Positions 1-9,949 of a stretch of 64,000 nucleotides of DNA are shown here, in pieces. The DNA comes from an uncultured delta proteobacterium (lineage in GTDB: Bacteria > Desulfobacterota > Binatia > Binatales > Binataceae): positions 480,001 to 544,000 of the forward strand of contig CAVXXK010000003.1 of NCBI GenBank assembly GCA_963765675.1, in the 5' to 3' direction. The notes beneath the pieces are model-generated. The model was not told where the DNA came from, ran no database searches, and saw nothing but the letters and a program-made list of their open reading frames with translations. The position numbers and the translations under genes were made by a program. Every line of letters starts with the position of its first letter. Positions within the stretch are counted from its first letter, which is position 1.

Positions 1-1
1 G

Positions 2-262
2 CGGCGTGAGCTGCTCGACCTGCCGCCGTGGCCGTATGCGAAGCTTGCGCGCGATTTTGGCGGCGCGGGTTTCGAGGCGCGCACGCTGGCGCAGCTCCGC
101 CGCGCGCTTGCGTCGGCGCATCGCTCGCGCTCGTTTGCGATTATCGACGTGCGCGTCGAACGCGACGATTTGTCGCCGGTCTCGGTCAAATATATTCGCG
201 CCGCGGCCAAACGCTCGCAGGCTCCGGGCGCAAGCGCCGGGCGCGGGAGCAAACTCTTATGA
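2..262 (+). CDS. TPP-dependent alpha-keto acid (indolepyruvate/phenylpyruvate) decarboxylase family, C-terminal end (5'-partial)
   Basis: Frame from base 2 reads RRELLDLPPWPYAKLARDFGGAGFEARTLAQLRRALASAHRSRSFAIIDVRVERDDLS, resembling IpdC C-termini. The TGA at 260-262 overlaps the next ATG (ATGA). Not in the ORF track. Confidence 0.7.
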   Translation, partial: RRELLDLPPWPYAKLARDFGGAGFEARTLAQLRRALASAHRSRSFAIIDVRVERDDLSPVSVKYIRAAAKRSQAPGASAGRGSKLL

Positions 263-1882
263 GCGACTCAGCCGACCGTCATCACGCGCGGCATCGCGAC
301 TTCAAGTGGAGCGTGCCCGAGCATTTCAATTTCGGAGCGATCGTCGATCACTTCGCGGGCGATCCCAACCGGACCGCGCTGTTGTGGGAGGATCAGGACG
401 GCAAACGCGCGCGCCTGACCTACGCGAATATGCGCGCGCAATCCAATCAGATCGCGGGCGTGCTCGAGGCCTCGGGCCTGCGCCGCGGCGATCCGATCCT
501 GCTGGTGCTGCCACGCATCACGATGTGGCAGGCGGCGTATATCGGCGCGCTAAAGATGGGCGCGATCGTGATTCCGTGCACCTCGATGCTGCGGGAGAAG
601 GATCTTGATCTATCGCGCGAATCATTCCGGCGCACGCGCGATTATTGCCTCCACTGAAAACGCCTCGATGGTCGCGGAGCTGCGCGGTCAATGCCCGGGC
701 TTGAATCATTTTCTGATCACCGGGAGCTCGCGTTCGGGATGGCAGGGATTACCCGAGCTGATGCAGCAAGCGTCACCGGATTACAAGCCAATAGCTACTC
801 GCGCGAGCGACCCCGCAATTTGCTATTACACTTCCGGCACTACTCGCGAACCCAAAGCCGTCCTGCATAGCCATGCCTACACCTGGAGCCATCAGTATAC
901 CGGCCGAAACTGGCTGGACGTGGCGGCGGACGGCGTCCACTGGACGACATCCGACACCGGATGGGCCAAAGCCGCGTACGGAGTGCTGTTCGGGCCGTGG
1001 ATGAACGGGGTCACGACCTTCATGTACAACGGCCGCTTCGAGCCCAAACGCGAGCTCGAGTTGCTCGCGCGCTATAACATCACTACTTTCTGCGCCCCGC
1101 CGACTGAGTATCGGATGCTGATCAAGGAGGATCTGTCCAAATATCAGTTTCCGAAACTGCGCCATTGCACCGGAGCCGGCGAGCCGCTCAACCCGGAAGT
1201 GATCGAGGTCTGGAAAGATCAGCTCGGGCATGTGATTCACGACGGTTACGGACAGACCGAAACGATCATCCTGGTGGCGAACATGCCCGGGATGGAAGTA
1301 AAGCCGGGCTCGATGGGCCTGCCGTTTCCCGGGCACGACGTGCACGTCGTCGATGAAGACTTGCGCGAAGTAAAAGACGGCGAGGTCGGGCAGATAGCGG
1401 TGCGCGTCGCGCCCGAGCGCCCGCCCTCGCTATTCCTGGAGTACTGGAAGAACCCCGCCGAGACCGCCGCAGTTTTTCAGGGCGATTACTATTTGACCGG
1501 AGACCACGCGACACGCGATGCGGACGGATACCTGTGGTTCGTCGGACGCGCCGACGACGTGATCATCTCAGCCGGCTACCGTATCGGCCCGTTCGAGGTC
1601 GAGAGCGCGCTGCTGGAGCATCCGGCGGTGATCGAGTCGGCGGTGGTGGCGAGTCCCGACGCCGATCGCGGCTCGATCGTGAAGGCGTTCGTGCGGCTCA
1701 ACGCGGAAGCGCGCAAATCCGACGCGCTCGCCCGCGAGCTGCAGGAGCACGTCAAGCGCATCACCGCGCCGTACAAGTACCCGCGCGAGATCGAGTTCGT
1801 CGACGAGCTGCCGAAGACGGTCAGCGGGAAGATCCGCCGGGTAGAACTCCGCAAACGAGAGGAAGACCGCAAGAGAAAATAG
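259..1882 (+). CDS. Medium-chain acyl-CoA synthetase (ACSM-like AMP-binding enzyme), one +1 frameshift at about 604-606
   Basis: N-terminal half MSDSADRHH...FNFG... joins the C-terminal half carrying YTSGTT..PK, YGQTE, GRADD and PKTVSGKI. Removing one T from GATCTTGATC restores DLIYR. Confidence 0.9.
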
Positions 1883-1902
1883 CCACCTCGGAGCGATAAG
1901 CT

Positions 1903-2022
1903 TCACTCCCGCAGATATCGCTCGAGATCTCGCTCGGCCAGTATCTTCATGTTGCGCGCCCGCTGAGCGCGTGCGATCAGCTCAGCCGTGCGCGCTGTGT
2001 CCTTCGAGGCAGAGCTCTGCAT
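1903..2022 (-). CDS. Candidate 39-aa small protein
   Basis: MQSSASKDTARTAELIARAQRARNMKILAERDLERYLRE. It is preceded by TTGGAC-18bp-TACGAT ending 8 nt before the ATG, consistent with a leaderless transcript. Confidence 0.35.
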   Translation of the reverse strand: MQSSASKDTARTAELIARAQRARNMKILAERDLERYLRE

Positions 2023-2106
2023 ACCGCATCATCGTAGGACCGACAGCCCTCGGAGTCCAACAAGAAATCGAATGATGAATGCCGGCGAGATGATCTTGTG
2101 CTGATA

Positions 2107-2274
2107 CCCTCTCCCACCGGGAGAGGGCGGCGCGGCGCGGCGATTGCTTCCCTTAGCAATCGCCGTGACGCGCGGGTGAGGGCGGCCTTGCGCAGAATTT
2201 TCTTCTAATCGCGCGGCGCCACGCGCCGCGCTGAATTCGGACCCTCGCCTAACCTCTCCCTTTCAGGGCGAGGG
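2107..2274. repeat. Composite palindromic intergenic repeat, copy A
   Basis: CCCTCTCCC-n-GGGAGAGGG, then a GCGATTGCT..AGCAATCGC hairpin, GGGTGAGGG, a spacer and CCCTCGCCTAACCTCTCCC..GGGCGAGGG. Related copies start at 11682, 15609, 27313, 28703 and 54377. Confidence 0.85.
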
Positions 2275-2293
2275 ATCAGAAACAGCGGGCGAG

Positions 2294-3034
2294 TTATCCG
2301 GGACTCTGCTGCGACGCTTGCGGTAGCGCGGTGCGGAAGCCGCTTTGCAGCATCAGGGCGCCGACCGCGCGCGAGAGCGCTACCGACATCGATTCTCCCG
2401 GGTCCGTCTCGAGCGGCAGAAAGACTTCGCCGCCGACGGGTGCGGGCGGCTCGTTTTCAGCCCCGAGAATTTCGCCTGTATAGAGATCGGGATTCGCGCG
2501 CGAGGAGAGCGTGAACTTGATTCGCACCTTCGCCTTCATCTCGAAATACTGGCCGTGCACGGTTTGCTCGGTGCCAAAGCGCTGGTTGATCGACGCAAGT
2601 TCGATCGAGGTCGCGAGCACATAGTCGATGCCGACCGGCAGCGAAGCCGCGCCGCGCCTGAGCGGTCCGCTCGCGACCGGTTTCAGCCCCGCGTCGGCGA
2701 GCGCGCGGATCACAGCGGCGCTAACCACACCGCCGAGATCCTCGGCATAGAACGAACGCTCGACCGTTCCATCGGCCGAATAGACTCCGCCGACGCGCAC
2801 CCGCCCTGTCGCGATAGCGCCATCAGGCGGCAGCACCGCGATTCGCACCGGACCAAAAATCCGCTCAGAGCCGGGCACGAAGCCGGGCAGATAGTGCAGC
2901 CGCAACGCCGGTGCGGATTTGCATCCAGGCGCGATCGCCATCACGGCGACCGCGGCTATCGCGAGTGCGGCGCTAAGCCTCGGACGAAACTTGCGGCTAA
3001 ACTTCGGGCGGCGCAACCGGCTGATGTCGTTCAC
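2294..3034 (-). CDS. Hypothetical lipoprotein
   Basis: Basic N-terminus, hydrophobic stretch and lipobox-like IAPGC. The GTG start at 3034 is uncertain. Confidence 0.65.
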   Translation of the reverse strand: MNDISRLRRPKFSRKFRPRLSAALAIAAVAVMAIAPGCKSAPALRLHYLPGFVPGSERIFGPVRIAVLPPDGAIATGRVRVGGVYSADGTVERSFYAEDLGGVVSAAVIRALADAGLKPVASGPLRRGAASLPVGIDYVLATSIELASINQRFGTEQTVHGQYFEMKAKVRIKFTLSSRANPDLYTGEILGAENEPPAPVGGEVFLPLETDPGESMSVALSRAVGALMLQSGFRTALPQASQQSPG

Positions 3035-3626
3035 GCCACCACATGAATGCGAAAGCACCCACCACCAACAGGACCGCAAGCGTGACCCATAGTGAAGCGA
3101 GGTGCGCGACATGAAGCGCGTGATAGAGTTCATCGCCAACCAGATAACCTACCGTGCTGATAAGCGTACACCAGACCAATGCCCCCAACACGTTCCATCC
3201 GAGGAAGCGGAAAAACGGCATCCCCGCCGCACCCGCCATCGGACCGGCCATGAAGCGCACGCCCGCGATGAAGCGGGCCATGAAGACCGCCTTGGCGCCG
3301 TGCGTCTGGAAGAAAATCTGCAAACGATCGTAACGCTGGCGCGCGAAACTGAAATTTGCGGCCAGGCGGACGAGCAACCGCTGTCCCCCGGTGCGCCCGA
3401 GGATGAATCCGCAGCAATCGCCCGCGACCGCGCTGGCGATCGTCGCCAGGTAGACGCATCGCAGGTCAAGAATTCCCCGTCCGGCTAAAAATCCCGCGGC
3501 GAGCAGGACGGTCTCCTCGGGCACGGGAACTCCAAGGTTCCCGACGAACACGCAGACGAAGATGCCGAGATAACCCCAGGTCGCGAGGACGTCGGCGATA
3601 TGCTCGGGTTTCAGAATCTCATGCAT
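2997..3626 (-). CDS. DedA family membrane protein
   Basis: GVPVPEETVLLAAGFLA, AGD...GR and ARFIAGVR motifs. Confidence 0.92.
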   Translation of the reverse strand: MHEILKPEHIADVLATWGYLGIFVCVFVGNLGVPVPEETVLLAAGFLAGRGILDLRCVYLATIASAVAGDCCGFILGRTGGQRLLVRLAANFSFARQRYDRLQIFFQTHGAKAVFMARFIAGVRFMAGPMAGAAGMPFFRFLGWNVLGALVWCTLISTVGYLVGDELYHALHVAHLASLWVTLAVLLVVGAFAFMWWRERHQPVAPPEV

Positions 3627-4063
3627 GCGCTGATCCGCGCGCCCGATGCCGTTGTCGGCTTTCGGACGGATATAGCTTGCCTAAGTGTATGTCGGAACGT
3701 AAGAGGGCTCGCCTTGGCATTTTTGAGCGCAAATAAAGACTCCTTGCTGGTTCGGCCATAACACAACTGTAACGGTCCTGATCGAAGCCGCGTCACGACG
3801 CCGCAGCCAACGACGTTAACCCTGCTGGTATTCGCCGGCGCGCATCATCGCTTGCAGGCCGAGTTCCGCTATGCAGCCAAGGCGCGTTCAGTTTGCGAGA
3901 ATCATCTCGACCGCGGGCACCTGAGCCTGATTGAAGGTATAGGCGAATCAGTATTCGTCAGGGTTCCGTAACCAGAAGGCTTTCGCGGCATCGCGATGGC
4001 CGCCGAAACATTTGGAACGGGCGCGCTGAATAAACCTCAGTACAAAACGGGCTGCAAGAAAAC

Positions 4064-5494
4064 CTATGGGCCGTTCAGCCCCCAGATGTGTATTTGCCAG
4101 ATGCCGAAGGCGACCAGAAAGATCGATACGCAAATCAGGATTTTTGTGAGCTGATCGGTCCGGCGCGGCATCCCGATCGCCATCATCACGAGCAGAAACG
4201 GAAAAGCCGGGATATAATGACGAGTTCCGAACTGGGCAAAACCATTCGCATAGCAGAGCAGACTGGGTATCGAGACCAGCACCGCAGCCAGCCCCATCAT
4301 CGCAATAGTCAATCGTTTAAAGCTCGGCCTTAGCGCAAGCACGAAGGCGGGACTGGTCAGCGTGAGCGCCTGACCCGAGAAAACCGGATGAATATAGGGA
4401 AAGTTACTATTTACCGTGGGCGCCATGAACAGCACCGTGTACAGATTGCCAGGCAGATAGCGCAGCGAAAAAACCGCTGCGCCCTTGGGGCCGGTGAGCA
4501 TCACACCCTGATCAAAGAAGCTGCCGAAGCGCGCTTCGTTCAATCCAACGAAGATCACTCCCACCGCCAGGTAGCCCGGAATCATCTCGAGAATTTCAGC
4601 GAAGGTGCGGCCTTTGGCCAGCAACAAAATCGCATACACCGGCGCTACGAGTGCCAGGTCATATCTGCCGAGCGTCGCGATCGCCGCCCAAATTCCCACC
4701 CATAGCGGACGCGCCTCGCCGAAGAGCTCGATCAGGGCGAGCAGCGTGAAGATGATCGAGGTGTTCATCGGCAGCGCCCAGGTGGTGCCGAGCGTGGTCT
4801 CGTACCACAGCACGTTTCCCAGCCCGAAGAAGAGGGTCAGCCATACGCGCGAATTGAGGGTAAGCCGAAATCGTCCGAGCAAGATCCACGCAAGCGCGAT
4901 TGCGACGGCGCCGACTACGACCGAAAATTCCGTCTGGTTGGTGTCCATCCCCCAGATCGCCGTAAACGGCATCAGCATGATCGCCGGTAGCGGAGGATGC
5001 AGCGCGTAGCTGTACTGCCCGATCTGCACGTGCTCGAGGAATGACTGCGGTGCGTCGATATAGGTATGGCCGTGGATAAACGCGACCGCCTGACGCACTT
5101 GCTCGTTGAACGGCGACGGCGGATACATCGTAACCGCGTAGAACGCCAGGAACGCGATGAATACCGCGACGCCGGCCCATCCTTCGGACGACAGCACCGA
5201 GCGGATCCGGACAAGCATCGGGCCACCGGCATCGCTCTCGGCTCCGCGAACAATCGCAAACCCGGCCAACGCGAGCGCCGCCGCGATATAGATCAGAAAA
5301 TTCGAGGTCCGGTTCTGGCTCAGGAAATTTGGCGCAAAGACTGCGATCGCCGCAATTGCGAAGATCAAAAACCCGCGCGCGGTTGCAAAGAACTGCGCGT
5401 CCAGCGCGGCGCTCCGACCGGGATCCCGCCTTACCGCATCCGCGTCGGACCGGCGGACTAGTCGTGCGTATGCCTGTTCCACGTCGCCGCACAA
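4064..5494 (-). CDS. Polytopic membrane protein, probable GT-C-fold glycosyltransferase
   Basis: More than 10 hydrophobic segments, HPPLPA and QFGTRHY motifs, same strand and directly downstream of the YfhO-like and GtrB-like genes. Start uncertain. Confidence 0.55.
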   Translation of the reverse strand: MCGDVEQAYARLVRRSDADAVRRDPGRSAALDAQFFATARGFLIFAIAAIAVFAPNFLSQNRTSNFLIYIAAALALAGFAIVRGAESDAGGPMLVRIRSVLSSEGWAGVAVFIAFLAFYAVTMYPPSPFNEQVRQAVAFIHGHTYIDAPQSFLEHVQIGQYSYALHPPLPAIMLMPFTAIWGMDTNQTEFSVVVGAVAIALAWILLGRFRLTLNSRVWLTLFFGLGNVLWYETTLGTTWALPMNTSIIFTLLALIELFGEARPLWVGIWAAIATLGRYDLALVAPVYAILLLAKGRTFAEILEMIPGYLAVGVIFVGLNEARFGSFFDQGVMLTGPKGAAVFSLRYLPGNLYTVLFMAPTVNSNFPYIHPVFSGQALTLTSPAFVLALRPSFKRLTIAMMGLAAVLVSIPSLLCYANGFAQFGTRHYIPAFPFLLVMMAIGMPRRTDQLTKILICVSIFLVAFGIWQIHIWGLNGP

Positions 5495-5626
5495 TCTAGC
5501 AGATTCGCGCCTGGAACTTTACCGGCCCGTGGCCGCTCCGCTTGCCCTATACCCGAGTCTCGGCGGTGATTGAGCGACACATCAATGAAGCACTCCGCAC
5601 AAAACAATTCTGCCGCTGCGAAACCT

Positions 5627-7375
5627 TCACGATTCCTTCGCGCTATTCCGATACCGCTGTCGCCAAAATAGAATTACCGTGACCGCGCTGGTAAGCGCAA
5701 ATATCCATATACCAAGAATTGCCCAGGGCGCGCGATAAACGATCGTAAGCTTTTGGCTTCCCGCCGGTATGGTTACCGAGAGCACCGGGCGATTAGTGTC
5801 GATTGTAGCCGCGCCGTCACGAATCCGCCATCCTTTGTAATAATTCTGGTTGATTACCAGTACGTTCGCGCTGCGCGTGTTGACCTCGAACTGCAATTTC
5901 TCAGGCGTCCATTTTAATAGTCGTACGCTACCGGGCAGCAAAAGGTATTGCTCGCCGCGATAACCCGCCTGGTTGTATCCCCGCACCTGAGTGTCACTGA
6001 CATCCCAGAAGTTCGTCTCGTAACAATTGGCCGCACCGAGATTGGCCAAATTTAGAGGGAGCATGCCAATATTCGAAGGAGATGAATCGTAGTATTGGCG
6101 AAAGTCTGTTGAATACGCGGGAGTAGTAATTTTTCCCCCGGTGAAGGGCTCGGCGAGGCTGCCCGGCGAGACTAGAATGGCGTCGATCAGTCCCACCGCC
6201 AGTAAAGCGAGCGCCGCCCACCTTCGGCGCTCGAGTATGTATTCGGTTCCGAGCGCGGACAAGACCGCAAAGGCAAGCACGAATGGAATCAGGAATCGAA
6301 ACGGAGCGTAGGTTGATTCAAAGCCGGGCAACCGATGCAGCAGAACATACAGAGAATAAGGTGAGGTTCCGCCCATACCGAGCAGAAAGAAAATCAGCGC
6401 AGCGGCGGCCCAGGGCAGCGCTCGCGCCGGATATTTGATTAAGCCTGCCAGTCCCAGAAATGCGAACACAGCCCCGATATACGCTCCGTGCTCCCAGAAA
6501 CCACCTTCGCCCCAAGGACCGGCAAAATCCTGTTTGCGCGAGAAGATCGACAGGAGTGTCTTATAGAGACTCTCTTCGCTTAGGTACCCGAGCCGCGGAT
6601 GCGCGTGCATCAAGACGATCGCGGGGAAAAGCTTAAACGCAGCAAACCCCACAAAAAATATTCCAACGATCGCCGCTATAAACATTGGCCGCGGCGACCA
6701 TTCCATCACACACGCCGCGGCGCCGATGACCGCGACAAAGATAGCCAGTTGCAGAACCTCGTACATCGCACCTTCATAGCAGCACACGGCGACGAACAAA
6801 CCGGCGAGCGCCGCCCAAGCAGCGCTGCGTCGTTGAATTCCCATCCAAGTGAAGGCGCACACCCACGGCAGGTAGGCGCCGGCCAGATGCATCTCGTGAC
6901 CGGCCGCCGCATGCAATGGCAGCCACGAGCTGCCGGCGAAGACGATCGCGGCAGCAGCCGCTGCGATCGGCTTACAACTCACTGTCCGCGCGAGGACGTA
7001 GGCGCCGGCGAACGCCACGCTCAAATGCAGGGGTACTTCCAACTCGAGTCCGGCGAAAGGACCGAAGAATATCCGCAACAGCAAAAATGGCGACAGGAAA
7101 TCCGATTGCGGGTTCGCCAGCGAAGGCATACCGCCGCATTTGTATGGATTCCAGAACGGAAACTGGTGAAAGTGCGCGATCGTGCGCCAGTCCGACCATG
7201 ACCAATCCATCCCGCGCGACCAGTCCAGCGAGAGCGTCACCTGGCCGAAATGCCCAAACATCGGATAGCAGAACGCGAATCCAAAAATGAGCGAGATCAG
7301 CGAGACCGCGATCCATTCCTTGCTCCACCAAGCCGCCGTTCGATCGTTACCGGATATTTCGCCAGGTCTTGCCAA
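5627..7375 (-). CDS. YfhO-like GT-C membrane glycosyltransferase
   Basis: PFWNPY..GGMP.LANPQ N-terminal motif, many TM helices, C-terminal LVINQNYYKGW domain and a final TM helix. Confidence 0.8.
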   Translation of the reverse strand: MARPGEISGNDRTAAWWSKEWIAVSLISLIFGFAFCYPMFGHFGQVTLSLDWSRGMDWSWSDWRTIAHFHQFPFWNPYKCGGMPSLANPQSDFLSPFLLLRIFFGPFAGLELEVPLHLSVAFAGAYVLARTVSCKPIAAAAAAIVFAGSSWLPLHAAAGHEMHLAGAYLPWVCAFTWMGIQRRSAAWAALAGLFVAVCCYEGAMYEVLQLAIFVAVIGAAACVMEWSPRPMFIAAIVGIFFVGFAAFKLFPAIVLMHAHPRLGYLSEESLYKTLLSIFSRKQDFAGPWGEGGFWEHGAYIGAVFAFLGLAGLIKYPARALPWAAAALIFFLLGMGGTSPYSLYVLLHRLPGFESTYAPFRFLIPFVLAFAVLSALGTEYILERRRWAALALLAVGLIDAILVSPGSLAEPFTGGKITTPAYSTDFRQYYDSSPSNIGMLPLNLANLGAANCYETNFWDVSDTQVRGYNQAGYRGEQYLLLPGSVRLLKWTPEKLQFEVNTRSANVLVINQNYYKGWRIRDGAATIDTNRPVLSVTIPAGSQKLTIVYRAPWAILGIWIFALTSAVTVILFWRQRYRNSAKES

Positions 7376-7396
7376 TCGTGAAGCACTTCCACAGCG

Positions 7397-8422
7397 TCAG
7401 AAGTCGCGACGCTGATCGTCGAACCCCCAGGCGTCGCGGACCAGGTAAAGCGGGCGTCCCTTGACCTCCGTGTACACGCGCCCAAGGTATTCGCCGATCA
7501 CGCCCAAAGTAATCAATTGAATTCCGCCGAAGAACAGCACCACCACCATTAGCGACGTATAACCTGGCACGTCGATTCCCTTCCCGAGTTTGAGAATCGC
7601 CAAGAAGGTGGCGTAGAGAAACGCGAACAGAGAAACGATCACCCCAAGGTAGCTCCAGATCTTGAGCGGTAGGAAGCTGAACGAGGTGACCGCGTCGATC
7701 GCGAAGTTCCAGAGCCTCCAGTAGCTCCAGTTGGCGTGGCCCGCATGGCGCGGTGGCCGATGATACACGATCGCGGTCTGCCTGAAGCCAACCCAGGCGA
7801 ATAGTCCCTTCATGAAACGGCTGCGCTCGGGCAGGCGCACCAGAACCTCGACCACGCGGCGGTCGAGCAGGCGAAAGTCTCCGGTGTCGCGTGGAACCGG
7901 GACCTCGCTGACGCGGTGATAGATTTTATAAAAGAGACTCGCGGTAAGACGCTTGGCGAGGCTTTCGCCGCGGCGCGAAGCGCGGGTCGCGTAAACGACG
8001 TCAAAACCTTCGCGCCACTTGGCGACCATCTGCTCGATCAACTCAGGCGGATCCTGGAGGTCGGAATCGATCGGCACTACCGCGCGTCCGCTCGCGTAGT
8101 CGAGTCCCGCGCTGAGCGCGACGTCCTTTCCAAAATTACGTGAAAAATTTATGATCTTGATTGCTGAGTTGCGCTCCCGGAGAGCCAGCAGCATTGGCAG
8201 GGTGTCATCGGTGCTGCCGTCGTTGATACAGATCAGTTCGTAGGTGACGCCGATTTTGTCGATCACGCCGAGCACTCGCGCGATAAACTCTTCTAGATTT
8301 CCCGCCTCGTTGCGCATCGGCGCGACGATCGATAGATCGATCGCGGGTTCGGTCGCGGCAAGTGGCGATTCTTCGGTTGCGAAGCGAAGGGGGCGTAGGG
8401 CGCTCGGTGACTGCTCCATCAA
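7397..8422 (-). CDS. GtrB/YkcC-like GT2 polyprenyl-phosphate glycosyltransferase
   Basis: NDGSTD, SRNFGK, DSDLQDPPE, TGDFRLLDR, RFMKGL and two C-terminal TM helices. Confidence 0.92.
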   Translation of the reverse strand: MMEQSPSALRPLRFATEESPLAATEPAIDLSIVAPMRNEAGNLEEFIARVLGVIDKIGVTYELICINDGSTDDTLPMLLALRERNSAIKIINFSRNFGKDVALSAGLDYASGRAVVPIDSDLQDPPELIEQMVAKWREGFDVVYATRASRRGESLAKRLTASLFYKIYHRVSEVPVPRDTGDFRLLDRRVVEVLVRLPERSRFMKGLFAWVGFRQTAIVYHRPPRHAGHANWSYWRLWNFAIDAVTSFSFLPLKIWSYLGVIVSLFAFLYATFLAILKLGKGIDVPGYTSLMVVVLFFGGIQLITLGVIGEYLGRVYTEVKGRPLYLVRDAWGFDDQRRDF

Positions 8423-8497
8423 AGTTCCTGCAATTGATTAACTCAAACCCCCACGCGATCAAAGCGCCGATGCGCCGCCGAAGTATCAATCGCGCCG

Positions 8498-9871
8498 CTA
8501 ATTGCTGTCGTTCACGATCTCCTCGGGCGGCAGGACCTTGCGGAAGAACAGCCAGTAGAGAAATGTGTTGAGCCCCTGCATCACGGCGGCGAACTCGAGC
8601 GGCAGCGACAGGTATAGATGCTCCATGAACAGGCCCGCGATATACGGCCCGACCGCCGACATCACTTGCGAGGGAAAGTTCGCGAAGCCCGACGCGCTCG
8701 AGCGCTCAGCCGGCGGAATCACTCCCATCAGGTAGGACTGCCGCACCGGAATCGAGAGCATGTTGAAGATCGCACGGATTCCGTAAAGCGCAACCGCCCA
8801 CACGAACGTCGGCATCAGCACGACCATGAACAGCAGCGCGGTCGAGATTCCGCGCGTCCAGACGATCGAGCGCACCGACCCAAGCATCAGCGCGATTCGC
8901 CCCGCCATCAAATACGGAATCGCGCTTAGTATATTGAGCACGAAAAACGCCTCCGCGAGCTCCGCTGAGCCGACGCCGAAGCGCCGGTAAAACCAGTACA
9001 CCACGAACGGCCCGAGCATCCCGATCGCGAGTCCGTTGGTCGCGTTGGTGATCATGAAGCGGATGATGAGTTGCCACGACCGGGGCGACAGCCCCAGCCG
9101 CAGGCCCGGAGTATTGGAGGCCACGGCGGCGGAAGCCGCGACCTTTTGCGCATGGCGAGCGGCGGCGTGATCCTCATGCACCGGGATTACCGCGAACGCC
9201 ATCGCAAAGCCGAGCACGCCCGCGAAGACGAACAGGATGCGATAGGTTTCGAGCTCCGGCATCGCGGCCGCGTGATGCAGCACCGACGGCAGGCCGGCGA
9301 GCAAGGTGCCGGCCGCGGCCGCCATCACGCCTACAAACGAGAACGCGCCGAAGACACGAGTGCGGTTGTAGTCGGTGGTGCGTTCGGCGACCAGCGCCTG
9401 AACCGCTGGATAGAAGGGGCCCCACGCGCCGCCGGCCAGCGCTCCGCCGCGACCGATCGATCCAATCGAGGCAAAGATAACGATCCAGGTAAAGCTGCCG
9501 GCGAATGCGAACGCGATTGCGCCACTCCCGAGCATCACCGAAATCGCCATCAAGCAGTTCTTGCGCCCGAAGCGGTCGGCGAGCATCCCGACCGACATCG
9601 AGATTCCCGCGGCTGCGACCGCTGAGAATCCCAGCAGTATCCCGAGCGCCACCGCGCCGTAGCCGAGGGCGACCAGGTACAGCGGCAGGATGATCCCGAG
9701 ATAGCCTTGCGAGATGCTGCGCAGCACGCGCAAGACGAACAGCCAAGCGAGGTCGCGGTTGAGCCACGCGAGTCCGAGTATTCCGCCATCGGGCGGCTCT
9801 GTGGCGCTGGGGGCAGCGGCGAACGCCGCGGCGGATGCTTCGATCGGATCCGGTTTGGTCTCGACGTTCAT
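8498..9871 (-). CDS. MFS transporter
   Basis: GMLADRFGRK motif A and about 12 TM helices. Confidence 0.88.
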   Translation of the reverse strand: MNVETKPDPIEASAAAFAAAPSATEPPDGGILGLAWLNRDLAWLFVLRVLRSISQGYLGIILPLYLVALGYGAVALGILLGFSAVAAAGISMSVGMLADRFGRKNCLMAISVMLGSGAIAFAFAGSFTWIVIFASIGSIGRGGALAGGAWGPFYPAVQALVAERTTDYNRTRVFGAFSFVGVMAAAAGTLLAGLPSVLHHAAAMPELETYRILFVFAGVLGFAMAFAVIPVHEDHAAARHAQKVAASAAVASNTPGLRLGLSPRSWQLIIRFMITNATNGLAIGMLGPFVVYWFYRRFGVGSAELAEAFFVLNILSAIPYLMAGRIALMLGSVRSIVWTRGISTALLFMVVLMPTFVWAVALYGIRAIFNMLSIPVRQSYLMGVIPPAERSSASGFANFPSQVMSAVGPYIAGLFMEHLYLSLPLEFAAVMQGLNTFLYWLFFRKVLPPEEIVNDSN

Positions 9872-9949
9872 CCTGGATTTAAGGTCGGGCCGGCGCGCAG
9901 ATCACCGCTCAACTCATCCGAGCATATTTGCGCCGGTCACGAATCCAGT

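Noticed and set aside
604-610. prfB-like programmed +1 frameshift at CTT
   Set aside because: There is no CTT-TGA in frame, and similar +1 breaks occur in unrelated genes and contexts, which points to sequencing error.
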